From assembly GCA_964291265.2 (NCBI GenBank), contig OZ219747.1:1184001-1248000 (forward strand): a stretch of DNA of 64,000 bases, written 5' to 3'. A program made the position numbers and the translations under genes. Numbering within the stretch: position 1 is the stretch's first letter; each line of letters starts with the position of its first letter. Shown here piece by piece: positions 10,089-20,509 of the stretch. The stretch is from Alphaproteobacteria bacterium (GTDB taxonomy: Bacteria; Pseudomonadota; Alphaproteobacteria; SP197). The notes beneath the pieces are model-generated. The model was not told the origin of the DNA. It ran no database searches and was given only the letters and a program-made list of their open reading frames with translations.

Positions 10089-11006
10089 ATCACTACAGCA
10101 CTGCCTCCGACAACGTATCGTGCACCGGTTTCGCGGCGGCTGCTCCCGTACCTGCTCAGCCTGCCGGCTCTGCTGGTCTGCATTGGTATCCTGATCCCCT
10201 TCGGAACTGCGGTCTGGTACTCGCTGCAGCGCTACCGGCTGTCCCAGCCCTGGAATCGGGGATTCAACTGGGGCGAAAACTACCTGAGTTTTCTCGGTGA
10301 CCCCGGTTTCTGGAACACGTTGAAGGTCAGCCTCGTCTACGCGGGGCTGACCGTGGTGCTGGAACTCCTGCTCGGCCTCGGCATCGCGTTGCTTCTCCAG
10401 CGCCGCACGCGATTCAACAATATCATCTCCGTCATGCTGCTGATGCCGCTGATGACGGCGCCGGCGCTGGCGGCTCTGATGTTCAAGCTGATGACCAACC
10501 CGAATTTCGGCATCCTCAGTCATGTCATGCGACTGCTCGGTTTCGCGGATTTTCGCTGGGGATCCGATCCGTCGACCGCGCTCTTCACGGTCCTGCTGGT
10601 TGACATCTGGGTTTACACGCCATTCATGATGATCCTTCTGCTGGCCGGCCTGCGCTCGTTGCCGACCCAGCCCTTCGAGGCCGCCGCCCTGGACGGTGTA
10701 CCGCGATGGCGCCAGTTCTGGCGCATCACCCTGCCGATGCTCATGCCCTACATGCTGACGGCCTCACTGTTCCGGCTGCTCGACTCCATCCAGCAGTTCG
10801 ACATCATCTATGCACTCACGCAAGGCGGGCCCGGCGACACGCTGATGGTCTTTCAGGTCGAGGCGTATCTGAACTTCTTTCAGTCCACGAACATCGGGCG
10901 CTCCGCAGCCTTGCTGGTGATCCTCTGGGCGATCACCTTCTTCCTCTCCAACCTGTTCATCAAGAACTGGCTGCGCCTCCGGGAGCGCACGCGAGCGGAA
11001 TTCTGA
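10089..11006 (+). CDS. Sugar ABC transporter permease (MptB-like); no canonical start codon
   Basis: Frame is open upstream of 10320 (RRLLPYLLSLPALLVCIGILIPF...); DIWVYTPF; FEAAALDG; only ATC (10089) or CTG at the expected start. Confidence 0.85.
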   Translation: MTTALPPTTYRAPVSRRLLPYLLSLPALLVCIGILIPFGTAVWYSLQRYRLSQPWNRGFNWGENYLSFLGDPGFWNTLKVSLVYAGLTVVLELLLGLGIALLLQRRTRFNNIISVMLLMPLMTAPALAALMFKLMTNPNFGILSHVMRLLGFADFRWGSDPSTALFTVLLVDIWVYTPFMMILLLAGLRSLPTQPFEAAALDGVPRWRQFWRITLPMLMPYMLTASLFRLLDSIQQFDIIYALTQGGPGDTLMVFQVEAYLNFFQSTNIGRSAALLVILWAITFFLSNLFIKNWLRLRERTRAEF

Positions 11007-11010
11007 AATC

Positions 11011-11868
11011 ATGCAGCACCAATCAACGCTTGAAGTCTGGTTGCGCTGCACGGCACTCGCGACGGTTGTGGTCTTCTTCATGTTCCCGATTGTCTGGATT
11101 CTCCTGATGAGTCTTCAGACCAACGAGACGATCCTGCGGTCGCCCCCATCGATGGTCTTCACTCCGACATTGGGAAACTACGAGGCGATTCTGGCGGGAC
11201 GTCTGGACTCCAATGTCGCCAGCATGGGTATCGAGTTCATGGGGAACCTGTGGAACTCCGTCATCCTCGCGGTCGGTTCGGTCGGACTCGCCTTGCTGCT
11301 CGGGGTGCCGGCGGCCTATGCCTTCGCCCGACACAAGTTTCGGGGATCGGAAGACATTGCCTTCACCCTGCTGAGTTTTAGGTTCGCGCCGCCCTTGCTC
11401 GTGCTCCTGCCGCTGACGACGTACTTTCAGGTTCTCGGAATCGCCAACACCTACGTCGGGTTGATCTGGATCTACCAGCTGATCTGCCTGCCATTGATCC
11501 TCTGGATCGTGCGCGGCTATTTCGAGGACATCCCGGTGGATGTGGAACATGCCTATCGTATTGCCGGCCATGGGTGGTTCGCGACATTCCGCAAGATCGC
11601 GCTGCCGCTGGCACGCCCGGGAATCGCGGCAGCCGGACTTCTCGCCTTCATCTTTGCCTGGAACAACTTCATCTTCGCGCTGGTGCTGGCGAGCGCGGAC
11701 AAGCAGCCGGTGACCGTTGGTGCACTTGCCTTCGTGACAGCAAGCGGCATACAGTATGGGCAGATCGCGGCCGCAGTGGTTCTCTCGATCGCACCGACGC
11801 TCGCCCTTGCGCTCTATGCGCAACGCTATCTGGTCGAGGGACTGTCCCTCGGAGCGGTGAAGGGGTGA
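11011..11868 (+). CDS. Carbohydrate ABC transporter permease (MptC-like)
   Basis: Hydrophobic helices; variant EAA loop VEHAYRIAG; ends LSLGAVKG. Confidence 0.92.
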   Translation: MQHQSTLEVWLRCTALATVVVFFMFPIVWILLMSLQTNETILRSPPSMVFTPTLGNYEAILAGRLDSNVASMGIEFMGNLWNSVILAVGSVGLALLLGVPAAYAFARHKFRGSEDIAFTLLSFRFAPPLLVLLPLTTYFQVLGIANTYVGLIWIYQLICLPLILWIVRGYFEDIPVDVEHAYRIAGHGWFATFRKIALPLARPGIAAAGLLAFIFAWNNFIFALVLASADKQPVTVGALAFVTASGIQYGQIAAAVVLSIAPTLALALYAQRYLVEGLSLGAVKG

Positions 11869-12968
11869 AAGGCGTGGAGGGCCTGTCCGTGGAGGGCCTT
11901 ACCAAGCGTTTCCGGAACGAACGCGTTCTCGACGATGTCTCGCTCGCGGTTCCCAAGGGAAGGACGCTTGTGCTGTTCGGCCCCTCCGGTGCCGGCAAGA
12001 CCGTGTTGCTGCGCTGCATCGCCGGCGCCATAGACCCCGACTCCGGTATCGTCCGGATTGACGGGGAAGACGTGACCCACATGCCACCCGAAACCCGCGG
12101 GATAGGCATGGCATTCCAGAATTTCGCACTCTTTCCTCATATGAGTGCGTTCGAGAACATCGCCAGCCCGCTGCGCGTGCGCCACCGCTCCCGTTCCGCG
12201 CTGGAAGAAGATGTGGAATCCGTGGCGAGACTGTTGAAGATCGACCATGTCCTCGAGCATCTGCCAAGGGAGCTGTCCAACGGCCAGAAGCAGCGAACCT
12301 CGCTCGCGCGGGCCCTTGCGGCCGAGCCGGGGTTGCTTCTGCTCGACGATCCCTTGCGCAATGTCGATGCCAAGCTCCGGTTCGAGATGCGGCTCGAGCT
12401 TCCGCGCCTGCTGGCCGGTCGCGGAGCGACGGTTGTTCACGTTACGCAGGATTACAGGGAAGCCATGGCACTCGGAGACCGGATCGCCGTGCTCGAGGAT
12501 GGACGAATCGCGCAGATCGGCTCCGCCACGGACATCTATTGCCGCCCGGCCAGCGTTGCCATTGCACGGCTTTTCGGCGACCCGGTCATGAACCTTCTCG
12601 AGGTCGTGCCGGCAACGGATTCCGACGGCGCGTTCGTTGAACTCTCTGATCGGCGCCTCCCGCTTGCACCGGAACTGGCGGAGACCGCGGGACGATCATG
12701 CATGATCGGCATCCGGCCCGAGGCCATTGGCATCGACTCGCTGGATGCTCCGGGAGCGATCCCGGTGACGATCGAGGCCGAAACCCCTCTGAACGAGAAG
12801 ACTGTCACCCTCGCGGTCACGAAACGCGGACGCGAACTGCTTGCCTCCCGCCCGGCTGGCACCGAAGCCCCGCGCGCGGGGCAGGTCGGATTCGTCGTCA
12901 AGGCGGACGCCGTGCATCTTTTCGACCGCGAGAGCGGGATGAGGATCAGTCCGGACGAGGCGGCATGA
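11865..12968 (+). CDS. ABC transporter ATP-binding protein (MptD-like)
   Basis: Walker A GPSGAGKT, signature LSNGQKQR, Walker B LLLDDP; GTGA overlap with the permease. Confidence 0.9.
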   Translation: MKGVEGLSVEGLTKRFRNERVLDDVSLAVPKGRTLVLFGPSGAGKTVLLRCIAGAIDPDSGIVRIDGEDVTHMPPETRGIGMAFQNFALFPHMSAFENIASPLRVRHRSRSALEEDVESVARLLKIDHVLEHLPRELSNGQKQRTSLARALAAEPGLLLLDDPLRNVDAKLRFEMRLELPRLLAGRGATVVHVTQDYREAMALGDRIAVLEDGRIAQIGSATDIYCRPASVAIARLFGDPVMNLLEVVPATDSDGAFVELSDRRLPLAPELAETAGRSCMIGIRPEAIGIDSLDAPGAIPVTIEAETPLNEKTVTLAVTKRGRELLASRPAGTEAPRAGQVGFVVKADAVHLFDRESGMRISPDEAA

Positions 12969-13844
12969 TGCTCTTGTCGAGCGGCGGTCTTGCGATTTTT
13001 CTGGAAGCATGTTCGGTGCCGGAGCATGGCCCACCGGACGTCGATGCACCGTCTGGCGGGAACGATGACGGCACGGTTGTGCCGTGTTCCCCCGTACCGC
13101 TTGCGGTCGTGGGAGGTGCGGCTGTCGGGATGGCCGAGGGAGGATCAGGCGATTGGGGAGAAGACGCGTTCGAGCACCTTGCCGCCGCCGCTGGCCCGCC
13201 CGGGGAACCCGACCTTGTCGAACTGGGACAGCACCGGAGCGAGGGTGTCGGTGGAGCGGGAGAGGGGACCTGCGTCGACGATCAACCCGGTGGCGAGCAC
13301 GATTCCGATGTCGGTCAGGCTGCGGGTGGGGGCGGGGTGGTCGAGAAGGTCCATCGGCTCGCTGTCGCGGTCCTTGAGACGGGCGCGACAGGCAGGCGTT
13401 CCGGCGGCCGGCACGGCGATACCGCCGACCGCGTCGAGTCCGACCCGTGTGTTCCCGGGCAATCGGGCCAACTCATCAACCAGGTCGTCGATCATGGTCG
13501 GTGTGGTCCCGGGTCTGCGGTCGATCGGGACGACGCCCGCCGCTTCGATGGCGGTGATCCCGTGGGGCTGCTCGGCGATGTTGATGGGGATGATGATGGC
13601 ATCATCCGATGGTGGGTCGACGCCCGGTCCCCGGCATATGCCGTCCTAGCCCTGCACAGTGATGATCCGCAGGGTTCGATCGGCACCCGAGGCGAGCTGC
13701 GGCGCTGGAGGTGCTGGCTCCCGGCCCATGTCGTGCGGCCGGCATGCAACCCGTCCCGGCGCCACCGAACCGGGACCACGGCGTACCGGGGTCACGGCAC
13801 CACGCACCACACACAGCCAAGGCTGTACCCGAAGGGCAGGATCT
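12969..13844 (-). mobile_element. Degenerate, internally deleted IS110-family element
   Basis: Minus-strand fragments in several frames resemble the IS110 transposase N-terminus (INIAEQPHGITAI, RVGLDAVGGIA) and C-terminus (LAPVLSQFDK...LERVF, HDRKR..G.RHNRAVI..ARRCIDVRWAMLR); flanked by a CATGA repeat at 12964-12968 and 13845-13849. Confidence 0.75.
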
Positions 13845-13845
13845 C

Positions 13846-14979
13846 ATGAGCGTGGCAATTCTTGATCTCGACCGCGTCAACAAGGTCTATCGCCCGTCAG
13901 GGCGCGCTCCCGTCCATGCGGTGCGGGACTTCTCGCTTTCTGTTCGGTTCGGCGAGGTCGTCGCGCTTCTCGGCTCTTCCGGCTGTGGCAAGACGTCGGT
14001 CTTGCGCATGATCGCAGGCTTCGAGGAGGTCACGAGCGGTTCGATACGTCTCAAGGACCGCAAGATCCACGGACTTGCGCCGTTTCGGCGCAATGTTGCC
14101 ATGGCCTTCGAGGGCTATTCCCTTTATCCGCCCATGACGGTGAACGAAAACATCGCGCTTGCCCTCAAGTCACAGGGCGTTGCAGCCCATGATCTTGCCG
14201 AGAGGATCCGTACGATCGCCCGGCTCCTGGACATCGAAGGCATCCTTGATCGCTACCCTTCCTCGATCTCGGCAGGACAGCAGCAGCGAGCGGGACTTGG
14301 CCGGGCCCTGATCCGGCAAGCCGACCTGCATCTCCTTGATGAGCCGATGGGGCAGCTGGAACCGCAGTTGCGCGCCGTGCTGCGGGGGAGAATCAAGCAC
14401 TACATCAAGGAACGGGAACTCGCCGCAATCCTCGTGACCCACGATCAGGCCGAAGCGAATGCGCTCGCTGACCGCATCGCGGTGATGGACGATGGTGTCC
14501 TGCAACAGTTCGACGCGCCGGAGGTGATCAAGGCAAGGCCGGACAATCTCTTTTCCGGCACCTTCATGGGCGAGCCGCCGATGAACGTCTTCGAAGCCGA
14601 AGCCGAAGCCGGACTGGACGGCGGTTTTCTCGACTTTCGTCTTCGTGACGGTGTTGTTCTGAGCTACCCGGAAGTCGCGTTTGAAACGGGCTTGCGCGAC
14701 AAACTGCTCCGTCGACGACGGGTGGTGATCGGTGTACGACCACATTCCGTGCGTCTGGGTGGGCAGGGACCGAAAGCGACCGTCTTTGCAAATCAGTGGC
14801 TGGGGGACCAGTCTCATGTCGCGGCACACTTTGCCGGCGGAAGCGTGATTTCGGTCGCCCATGACCGGGTCCCGTTCGGCACGGGAGCGGCCGTAGGCAT
14901 TGAGTTCCCGGTTGACGCGCTTCATGTCTTCGACGCGCGGGATGGTTCGGCGATCGGTCACGGGGGGACTCCGGCATGA
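13846..14979 (+). CDS. ABC transporter ATP-binding protein (MptE-like)
   Basis: Walker A GSSGCGKT, ISAGQQQR, LLDEP; ATG at 13846. Confidence 0.9.
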   Translation: MSVAILDLDRVNKVYRPSGRAPVHAVRDFSLSVRFGEVVALLGSSGCGKTSVLRMIAGFEEVTSGSIRLKDRKIHGLAPFRRNVAMAFEGYSLYPPMTVNENIALALKSQGVAAHDLAERIRTIARLLDIEGILDRYPSSISAGQQQRAGLGRALIRQADLHLLDEPMGQLEPQLRAVLRGRIKHYIKERELAAILVTHDQAEANALADRIAVMDDGVLQQFDAPEVIKARPDNLFSGTFMGEPPMNVFEAEAEAGLDGGFLDFRLRDGVVLSYPEVAFETGLRDKLLRRRRVVIGVRPHSVRLGGQGPKATVFANQWLGDQSHVAAHFAGGSVISVAHDRVPFGTGAAVGIEFPVDALHVFDARDGSAIGHGGTPA

Positions 14980-16535
14980 GTTCCGACCTGCTGATCGGAA
15001 TCGATGCAGGAACATCCGTGGTCAAGGCGTTGGCCTTCGACACGGATGGACGCCAGTTGGCCAGCGCGAGTCGCCCGAACAGCTATCGTGTATTGCAGAA
15101 CGGCGGCGTCGAGCAGAACATGTCTCGCACCTGGGACGATGCCATCGGTGTCGTCTCCGATCTGGCTGCGCAGGTCGAGAACCTGGCGGATCGCGTGGTT
15201 GCGTTGGCGGTCACGGGGCAGGGGGACGGCACCTGGCTGATCGACGCCGATGGCAAGCCTGTTCATGACGGTTGGCTCTGGCTTGATGCTCGTGCCGCGT
15301 CCGAGGCCGGTTCACTTGCGGCGTGTGAAGGCATCGACGTGGTTTATCGCCACACGGGGACCGGCGTGAACCTGTGCCAGATGCGTACGCACCTGCGATG
15401 GATGCAGCGCCATGACCCGGCCCTCCTGGAGAGGGCCGCGGCGGCGCTCCACTGCAAGGACTGGCTGTACTATCGCTTCACGGGAGTTCTCGTCAGCGAC
15501 CCGAGCGAAGGCGTGTTCACGTTCGGCGATATCCGCACCCGCGATTATTCGGAGGAGGTGATCGCGGCACTCGGCCTCTCGGCATTGCGCCGACTGTTGC
15601 CCCCCATTGTCGACGGATCTCGCGAAGCGCATCTGCTGACGGCAGAGGCGGCTCGGGTGACCGGGCTTCCGGAGGGCTTGCCCGTGGTGCTGGGATATGT
15701 CGACATCGCCTGCTCGGCGATGGGCTCCGGCCTCTACGATCCGGAGCTCCGTCCTGGTCTTTCCGTCCTCGGCTCGACCGGCGTGCATATGCGCTTTGTA
15801 CCGGATGCCGAATCGGTCGTGCTCAATGCGGAGCGAAGCGGCTACACGATCGTGCTGCCGGATGGCGCCTGCGCACAGATGCAGACCAACATGGTTGCGA
15901 CGATCAATCTCGACTGGTTGCTTGATGTCGGCTGCGAGTTGCTGGCATGCCAGGGGCTCACTAGGACGCGTCTGGACCTCCTTCATGGTATCGACGAGCA
16001 AGTGCTTGAGGCGAGACCCGGCGCCGCCATCTATCACCCCTACATCTCCAGTGCGGGGGAACGAGGCCCGTTCATGGAACCGCGGGCGAGGGCCTCCTTC
16101 ACCGGTCTGGAGCGGACTGTCGGCTGGATCGACCTGATCCGGGCGGTCTATGATGGCCTCGCGATGGCCGCGCGTGACTGCCATGTCGCGATGGGACCGG
16201 TCCCGGCAGAAATCCGACTGGCCGGTGGTGCTGCCCGCTCGTTCGCCATGCGCAAGATCCTGGCTGCTGCGCTCGGTACGCCCGTGCGACCCCTGCGGCA
16301 GGAGGAAACCGGTGCGGTGGGTGCCGTGATGCTCGCCGCCGTGCAGCAGGGGCATTTTTCTGACCTGACCGCGTGCTCCGAAGCATGGTTGAAGCCGCGT
16401 CTCGAGGATCCCGTGCAACCGGACCCTTGCCTGGTCTCGACCTACGACACGATGTTCGAGGCCTTTCTCGAGACCCGTCAGGCGATGTCGAACGTGTGGG
16501 CAGCCCAGACCCGAATGAGGAACGTGATGTCGTGA
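14976..16535 (+). CDS. eryA: Erythritol kinase-like FGGY kinase
   Basis: IGIDAGTSVVK, VTGQGDGTWL, WLWLDARA and YHPYIS.AGERGPF, typical of EryA; operon context with eryB. Confidence 0.78.
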   Translation: MSSDLLIGIDAGTSVVKALAFDTDGRQLASASRPNSYRVLQNGGVEQNMSRTWDDAIGVVSDLAAQVENLADRVVALAVTGQGDGTWLIDADGKPVHDGWLWLDARAASEAGSLAACEGIDVVYRHTGTGVNLCQMRTHLRWMQRHDPALLERAAAALHCKDWLYYRFTGVLVSDPSEGVFTFGDIRTRDYSEEVIAALGLSALRRLLPPIVDGSREAHLLTAEAARVTGLPEGLPVVLGYVDIACSAMGSGLYDPELRPGLSVLGSTGVHMRFVPDAESVVLNAERSGYTIVLPDGACAQMQTNMVATINLDWLLDVGCELLACQGLTRTRLDLLHGIDEQVLEARPGAAIYHPYISSAGERGPFMEPRARASFTGLERTVGWIDLIRAVYDGLAMAARDCHVAMGPVPAEIRLAGGAARSFAMRKILAAALGTPVRPLRQEETGAVGAVMLAAVQQGHFSDLTACSEAWLKPRLEDPVQPDPCLVSTYDTMFEAFLETRQAMSNVWAAQTRMRNVMS

Positions 16536-17567
16536 GCACGGAGGTCGCAATCATCGGTGACCGTTTCATGCTGTCCAGGGCGTTCGCGATTGCGATCAGA
16601 GAGGCATGTGGCGATGCGGTGATCTGCCGCACGCTGGGCCTGCAGTGGCCGGATGGGCTGATCGAGCACGGTCATGCCACGAAGGGACTACACGGTCTCG
16701 AGGAACACCCGGGATCGTCGGAGCAGGTTGTTGCCCATGCAGGTGCGGCTCCGATGCTCCTGGTTGATCTGGCGCCGCTGTCATCCGTGATGCTCGATGC
16801 GATGCCGAGTCTCCGGTGTGTCGCGGGGAGGCTCGGTGAATTTCGACCTCGAGGCGGCCCGTGCCCATGGCGTGACGGTGGTCGATGCGCCCGGCCACAA
16901 CGCCTCGGCGGTCGACGAATTCGCCATCGGTGCAATCCTGGCCGAAACCCGCAGCATCGCCCGTGGACGTGAGGTGCTTCGAGAGGGGGCGTATCGGGGT
17001 GATCCCTATCGATTCGACCTCGCAGGATTCGCGTTGTCCGAGATGATGGCCGGCGTCATCGGGCATGGCGCGGTCAGCAGGCGTGTCGTGCGTCTGCCGA
17101 GGGTGTTCGGATGGCGAATCCCTGTGCACACCCCTCACGCCGGGCTTGGTGCAAGGGGCGTGGCCGAAGGCGTGGCGGCACGCTCCTTCACAACCCTGCT
17201 GGCCGAGTCCGGCATTGTGACGTTCCATCGGCCGGTGACGGGGAAGACAACCGGATTGATTGGCAGCAAGGCGCTCGCGACGATGAAACCGGGTGCCACG
17301 ATCGTCGACACGGCGCACGGTCCCCTGATGGACCATGAGGCGCTGGCGAGCGGCCATCTTCGGGGTGCGATGCCGGAGACGTGTGCCGTTGAGCCGACGC
17401 CGCCGGACTGGCCGCTCCTCAAGTGGCCGAACGTGACACTGTCCCCGCACGTTGCGGGGACATCGCGAGGGACGGTTCGAACTAAAGCGATGATGGCCGC
17501 AGAAAAGGGGCGGCGCCGGCTGAAGGGCGGACCGCACGCTGCATCCCTGCCGAGCCATGTTCGATGA
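16532..17567 (+). pseudogene. D-isomer-specific 2-hydroxyacid dehydrogenase (RbtA-like), frameshifted and eroded
   Basis: N-terminus VAIIGDRFML in one frame and SRGGSVNFD...LSPHVAG in another (shift near 16820); GxGxxG degraded to GHGAVS; NTARG degraded to DTAHG. Confidence 0.8.
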
Positions 17568-19084
17568 GCGATATCGTCGACCTCCTCGTCATCGGTGGCG
17601 GCATCAACGGATGCGGCGTGGCGCGAGACGCAGCCGGGCGCGGCCTGTCCTTGGTTCTCTGCGAAAAGGGGGACCTTGCCGAAGGCACATCGTCGCGCTC
17701 GGGCAAATACATCCATGGCGGGCTGCGATACCTTGAGCATCACGAATACGGTCTGGTGCGCGAGGCGCTGATCGAGCGGGAGGTCGTCCTTGCGGCAGCG
17801 CCCCATATCGCCTGGCCGGTGCGGCTTGTTCTGCTTCACAGCCCCGAACAGCGGCCGCGATGGCTGATCCGTCTGGGTCTGTTTCTCTACGACAACCTCG
17901 GTGGCCGCAAGCGGGTGCCGAGGACCAGGTCGCTCGACCTGCGGCACACCCCCGAGGGAGCGCCGGTTCGTGACGAATTCACGAACGCCTTCGCCTACCA
18001 CGACGTCTGGTGCGACGATGCACGGCTGACTGTCCTCAACGCCATCGACGCTCATCGGCGCGGCGCGGAGATCCTGACCCGAACCGAATGCGTCGCCGCC
18101 GAGCGGACCGACCATCATTGGCGCATCACGCTCCGCGACCTGACGAGCGGCACCGAACGCACTGTTGCGGCTCGTGCGATCTTCAACGCTGCCGGCCCAT
18201 GGCTGGAGCAGGTCATGGCCAACGTCGTCCGTCTGAACTCCAGATACGGCATTCGCCTCGTCAAGGGCAGCCACCTGATCATGCGGAAATGGTGGAGCGG
18301 ACATCACGGCTATGTCCTGCAGGCAAGGGACCGCCGGATCATCTTCGTCAATCCGTGGTTTGACGATGTGGCACTGGTCGGGACGACAGACATACCGTAC
18401 AGCGGCCGCCCGGAGGATGTGGACACGGACGATGATGAAATCGACTATCTCCTGGACATCCTCAATCGGTACTTCATCAGAACGCTGACACACGCGGACA
18501 TCCTGGGTTGCTACTCCGGAGTCCGGGCGCTCTACGACGACGATTCGTCGAAAAGTGCCTCGACCGTCACCCGTGACTACACCTTCGAGATCAACGCCGT
18601 CGGCAACCAGGCTCCGATCATTTCCGCCTTTGGCGGCAAGATCACGACCTTCCGCAAACTCGCCGAACACGGAATGCGTCGGCTAAGGCCCTTCCTGCCC
18701 GAGATGGGGCCTGACTGGACGGAAACGGCACCGCTGCCGGGCGGCGACATTCCCGATGCCGATTTCTGCAGATGGTTCGACGAGTTTCGCGGCCGCTACC
18801 CGTGGCTGCCGGAACCGCTTGCGGATCACCTCGCACGCAATTTCGGCTCCGAGGCCGTGCAGCTGCTCGGGAAGTCCGACGGCATGACGGATCTTGGTTG
18901 CCACTTCGGAGGCCAGTGCTACCAGAGGGAGATCGACTGGCTCATCGACCACGAATGGGCTCGCACCGCGGAAGATGTGCTGTCCCGGCGAACCCGGCAC
19001 TCGCTGTTCCTTGATGATGCGCAGCAACAGGCGGTGGGGGCCTACTGCCGTCAGAGAAGCGGAAGCTCCAGGACGCGCGCCTGA
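17564..19084 (+). CDS. eryB: FAD-dependent erythritol-phosphate/glycerol-3-phosphate dehydrogenase
   Basis: IGGGING.GVARDAAGRG, GTSSRSGK.IHGGLRYLE, YSGVRALYDD, GGKITTFRKLAE. Confidence 0.8.
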   Translation: MSDIVDLLVIGGGINGCGVARDAAGRGLSLVLCEKGDLAEGTSSRSGKYIHGGLRYLEHHEYGLVREALIEREVVLAAAPHIAWPVRLVLLHSPEQRPRWLIRLGLFLYDNLGGRKRVPRTRSLDLRHTPEGAPVRDEFTNAFAYHDVWCDDARLTVLNAIDAHRRGAEILTRTECVAAERTDHHWRITLRDLTSGTERTVAARAIFNAAGPWLEQVMANVVRLNSRYGIRLVKGSHLIMRKWWSGHHGYVLQARDRRIIFVNPWFDDVALVGTTDIPYSGRPEDVDTDDDEIDYLLDILNRYFIRTLTHADILGCYSGVRALYDDDSSKSASTVTRDYTFEINAVGNQAPIISAFGGKITTFRKLAEHGMRRLRPFLPEMGPDWTETAPLPGGDIPDADFCRWFDEFRGRYPWLPEPLADHLARNFGSEAVQLLGKSDGMTDLGCHFGGQCYQREIDWLIDHEWARTAEDVLSRRTRHSLFLDDAQQQAVGAYCRQRSGSSRTRA

Positions 19085-19786
19085 TCCTCGCACCACCGTT
19101 GTGTTGACGACAGTTGCGTTGCTGTCGCAGGACCATGGGGGAGGGCATCCCCTGGCAGTCCCGGCCATGCGCCCGGCGCCGTGATGCATGACTCCCACTG
19201 CATGCCGGGACAACGGCTGGTCGCGGCAAGGACTGTGCAGAAGTGCGGTCCGGGCCGTCCGGGCGTGATGGGGAACAGGAAGCGGGTGCCGCTCCGCACG
19301 CAGTTGCAGCTGTTGCCAGTCCCCGTTCATCGTGAAGGTGGATCAGGTCATCCTCAGAGCGGCAGCGAGGGTGTCATGACGGGGCGATGGTGGCACCTCC
19401 CACATGGGACACTCCCATCACCACATGCCAAGCAAGATCCGCACAGGAGCAGCCGGACTTACAGGAAAACAGTGGACTTCCTGACGGGTATGATGACTGC
19501 CTCCTCAGGAGATCAGGTCAGGATATCCGAGCCTGACCCGACAGTGTCCGGTTGTGTTGCAAGGTCGTGGAGTGGCGCATGGGACCGGTGATTCGCGGCA
19601 TCCTCCACCACCTGCGGGAGCGCATTCCAGGGCCTGTCATTGGATGCCTGCATCCCGGACAGACCGCCAGCTCATGGTGCCGCCCCGGAAGATCCGGTTC
19701 TTGCCGGGTACCGTGATCAAGATTCAATGACATGGCACGCAGGTTCGATCTGCGCAGGATCCGGACAGAGCGTCAGGATCCTGATG

Positions 19787-20434
19787 TCATGACCCCTGAT
19801 CCTTGTGGGTGGCAATCCACTCCGCATAGACAAGCTGTGCGCTTGGCCGGGACATGACGGCATCGGCGATGCGCCTGACATTGGGGAATTCCGCCGTAGT
19901 TGGATGACCGAGTGACGGAACAAGCCAGGTGGTCAACATGAACAGGTAGATATCGACCGCACTGAACCGTTCGCCCAGGACCCACTCGTTGTCGCCTATC
20001 TGATCGTCGATCACTTTCCACGACTGGCGCAACCGCCTGATGCCCCGTCTTCGCGCACTCGATTTATCAGCGGGCGTGTCGACGAAACGGTCTGGATAAT
20101 AAAAGGTCTGGTAGGCCGTCTGCACGGTGTTGGAAAAATACACCAGCGTCTGAAGGTACCTTCCGCGCTCCGGCTCATCGAACCCGGGCGCCAGGTTTGC
20201 CTCGGGATGACGATCGCACAGGAACACCGTGATCGCGGCACACTCGTACATGCCGTTGTCGTCCCACAAGAGGACCGGTACCCAGCCATTGGGGTTGACC
20301 GCCAGCTGTTCCGGCGGACGCGGCTTGTTCATGTCTATCGTCGACTGGACCAGTTCGTAGGGCTTGCCGATTTCTTCCAGGATCACCCGAACTCCCATGG
20401 CGGCACTGCCCTGTGCATAGAAAAGCCTGTACAT
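19787..20434 (-). CDS. Glutathione S-transferase family protein
   Basis: VNPNGWVPVL, YECAAI, LGERFSAVDIYL motifs. Confidence 0.9.
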   Translation of the reverse strand: MYRLFYAQGSAAMGVRVILEEIGKPYELVQSTIDMNKPRPPEQLAVNPNGWVPVLLWDDNGMYECAAITVFLCDRHPEANLAPGFDEPERGRYLQTLVYFSNTVQTAYQTFYYPDRFVDTPADKSSARRRGIRRLRQSWKVIDDQIGDNEWVLGERFSAVDIYLFMLTTWLVPSLGHPTTAEFPNVRRIADAVMSRPSAQLVYAEWIATHKDQGS

Positions 20435-20509
20435 CTGGAACTCCCTTCCGTTCGTCCGGGGTTTGTCTCGGCAAGGTCACGTTCTCGTGCAGGACAACGC
20501 CGCGCATTC

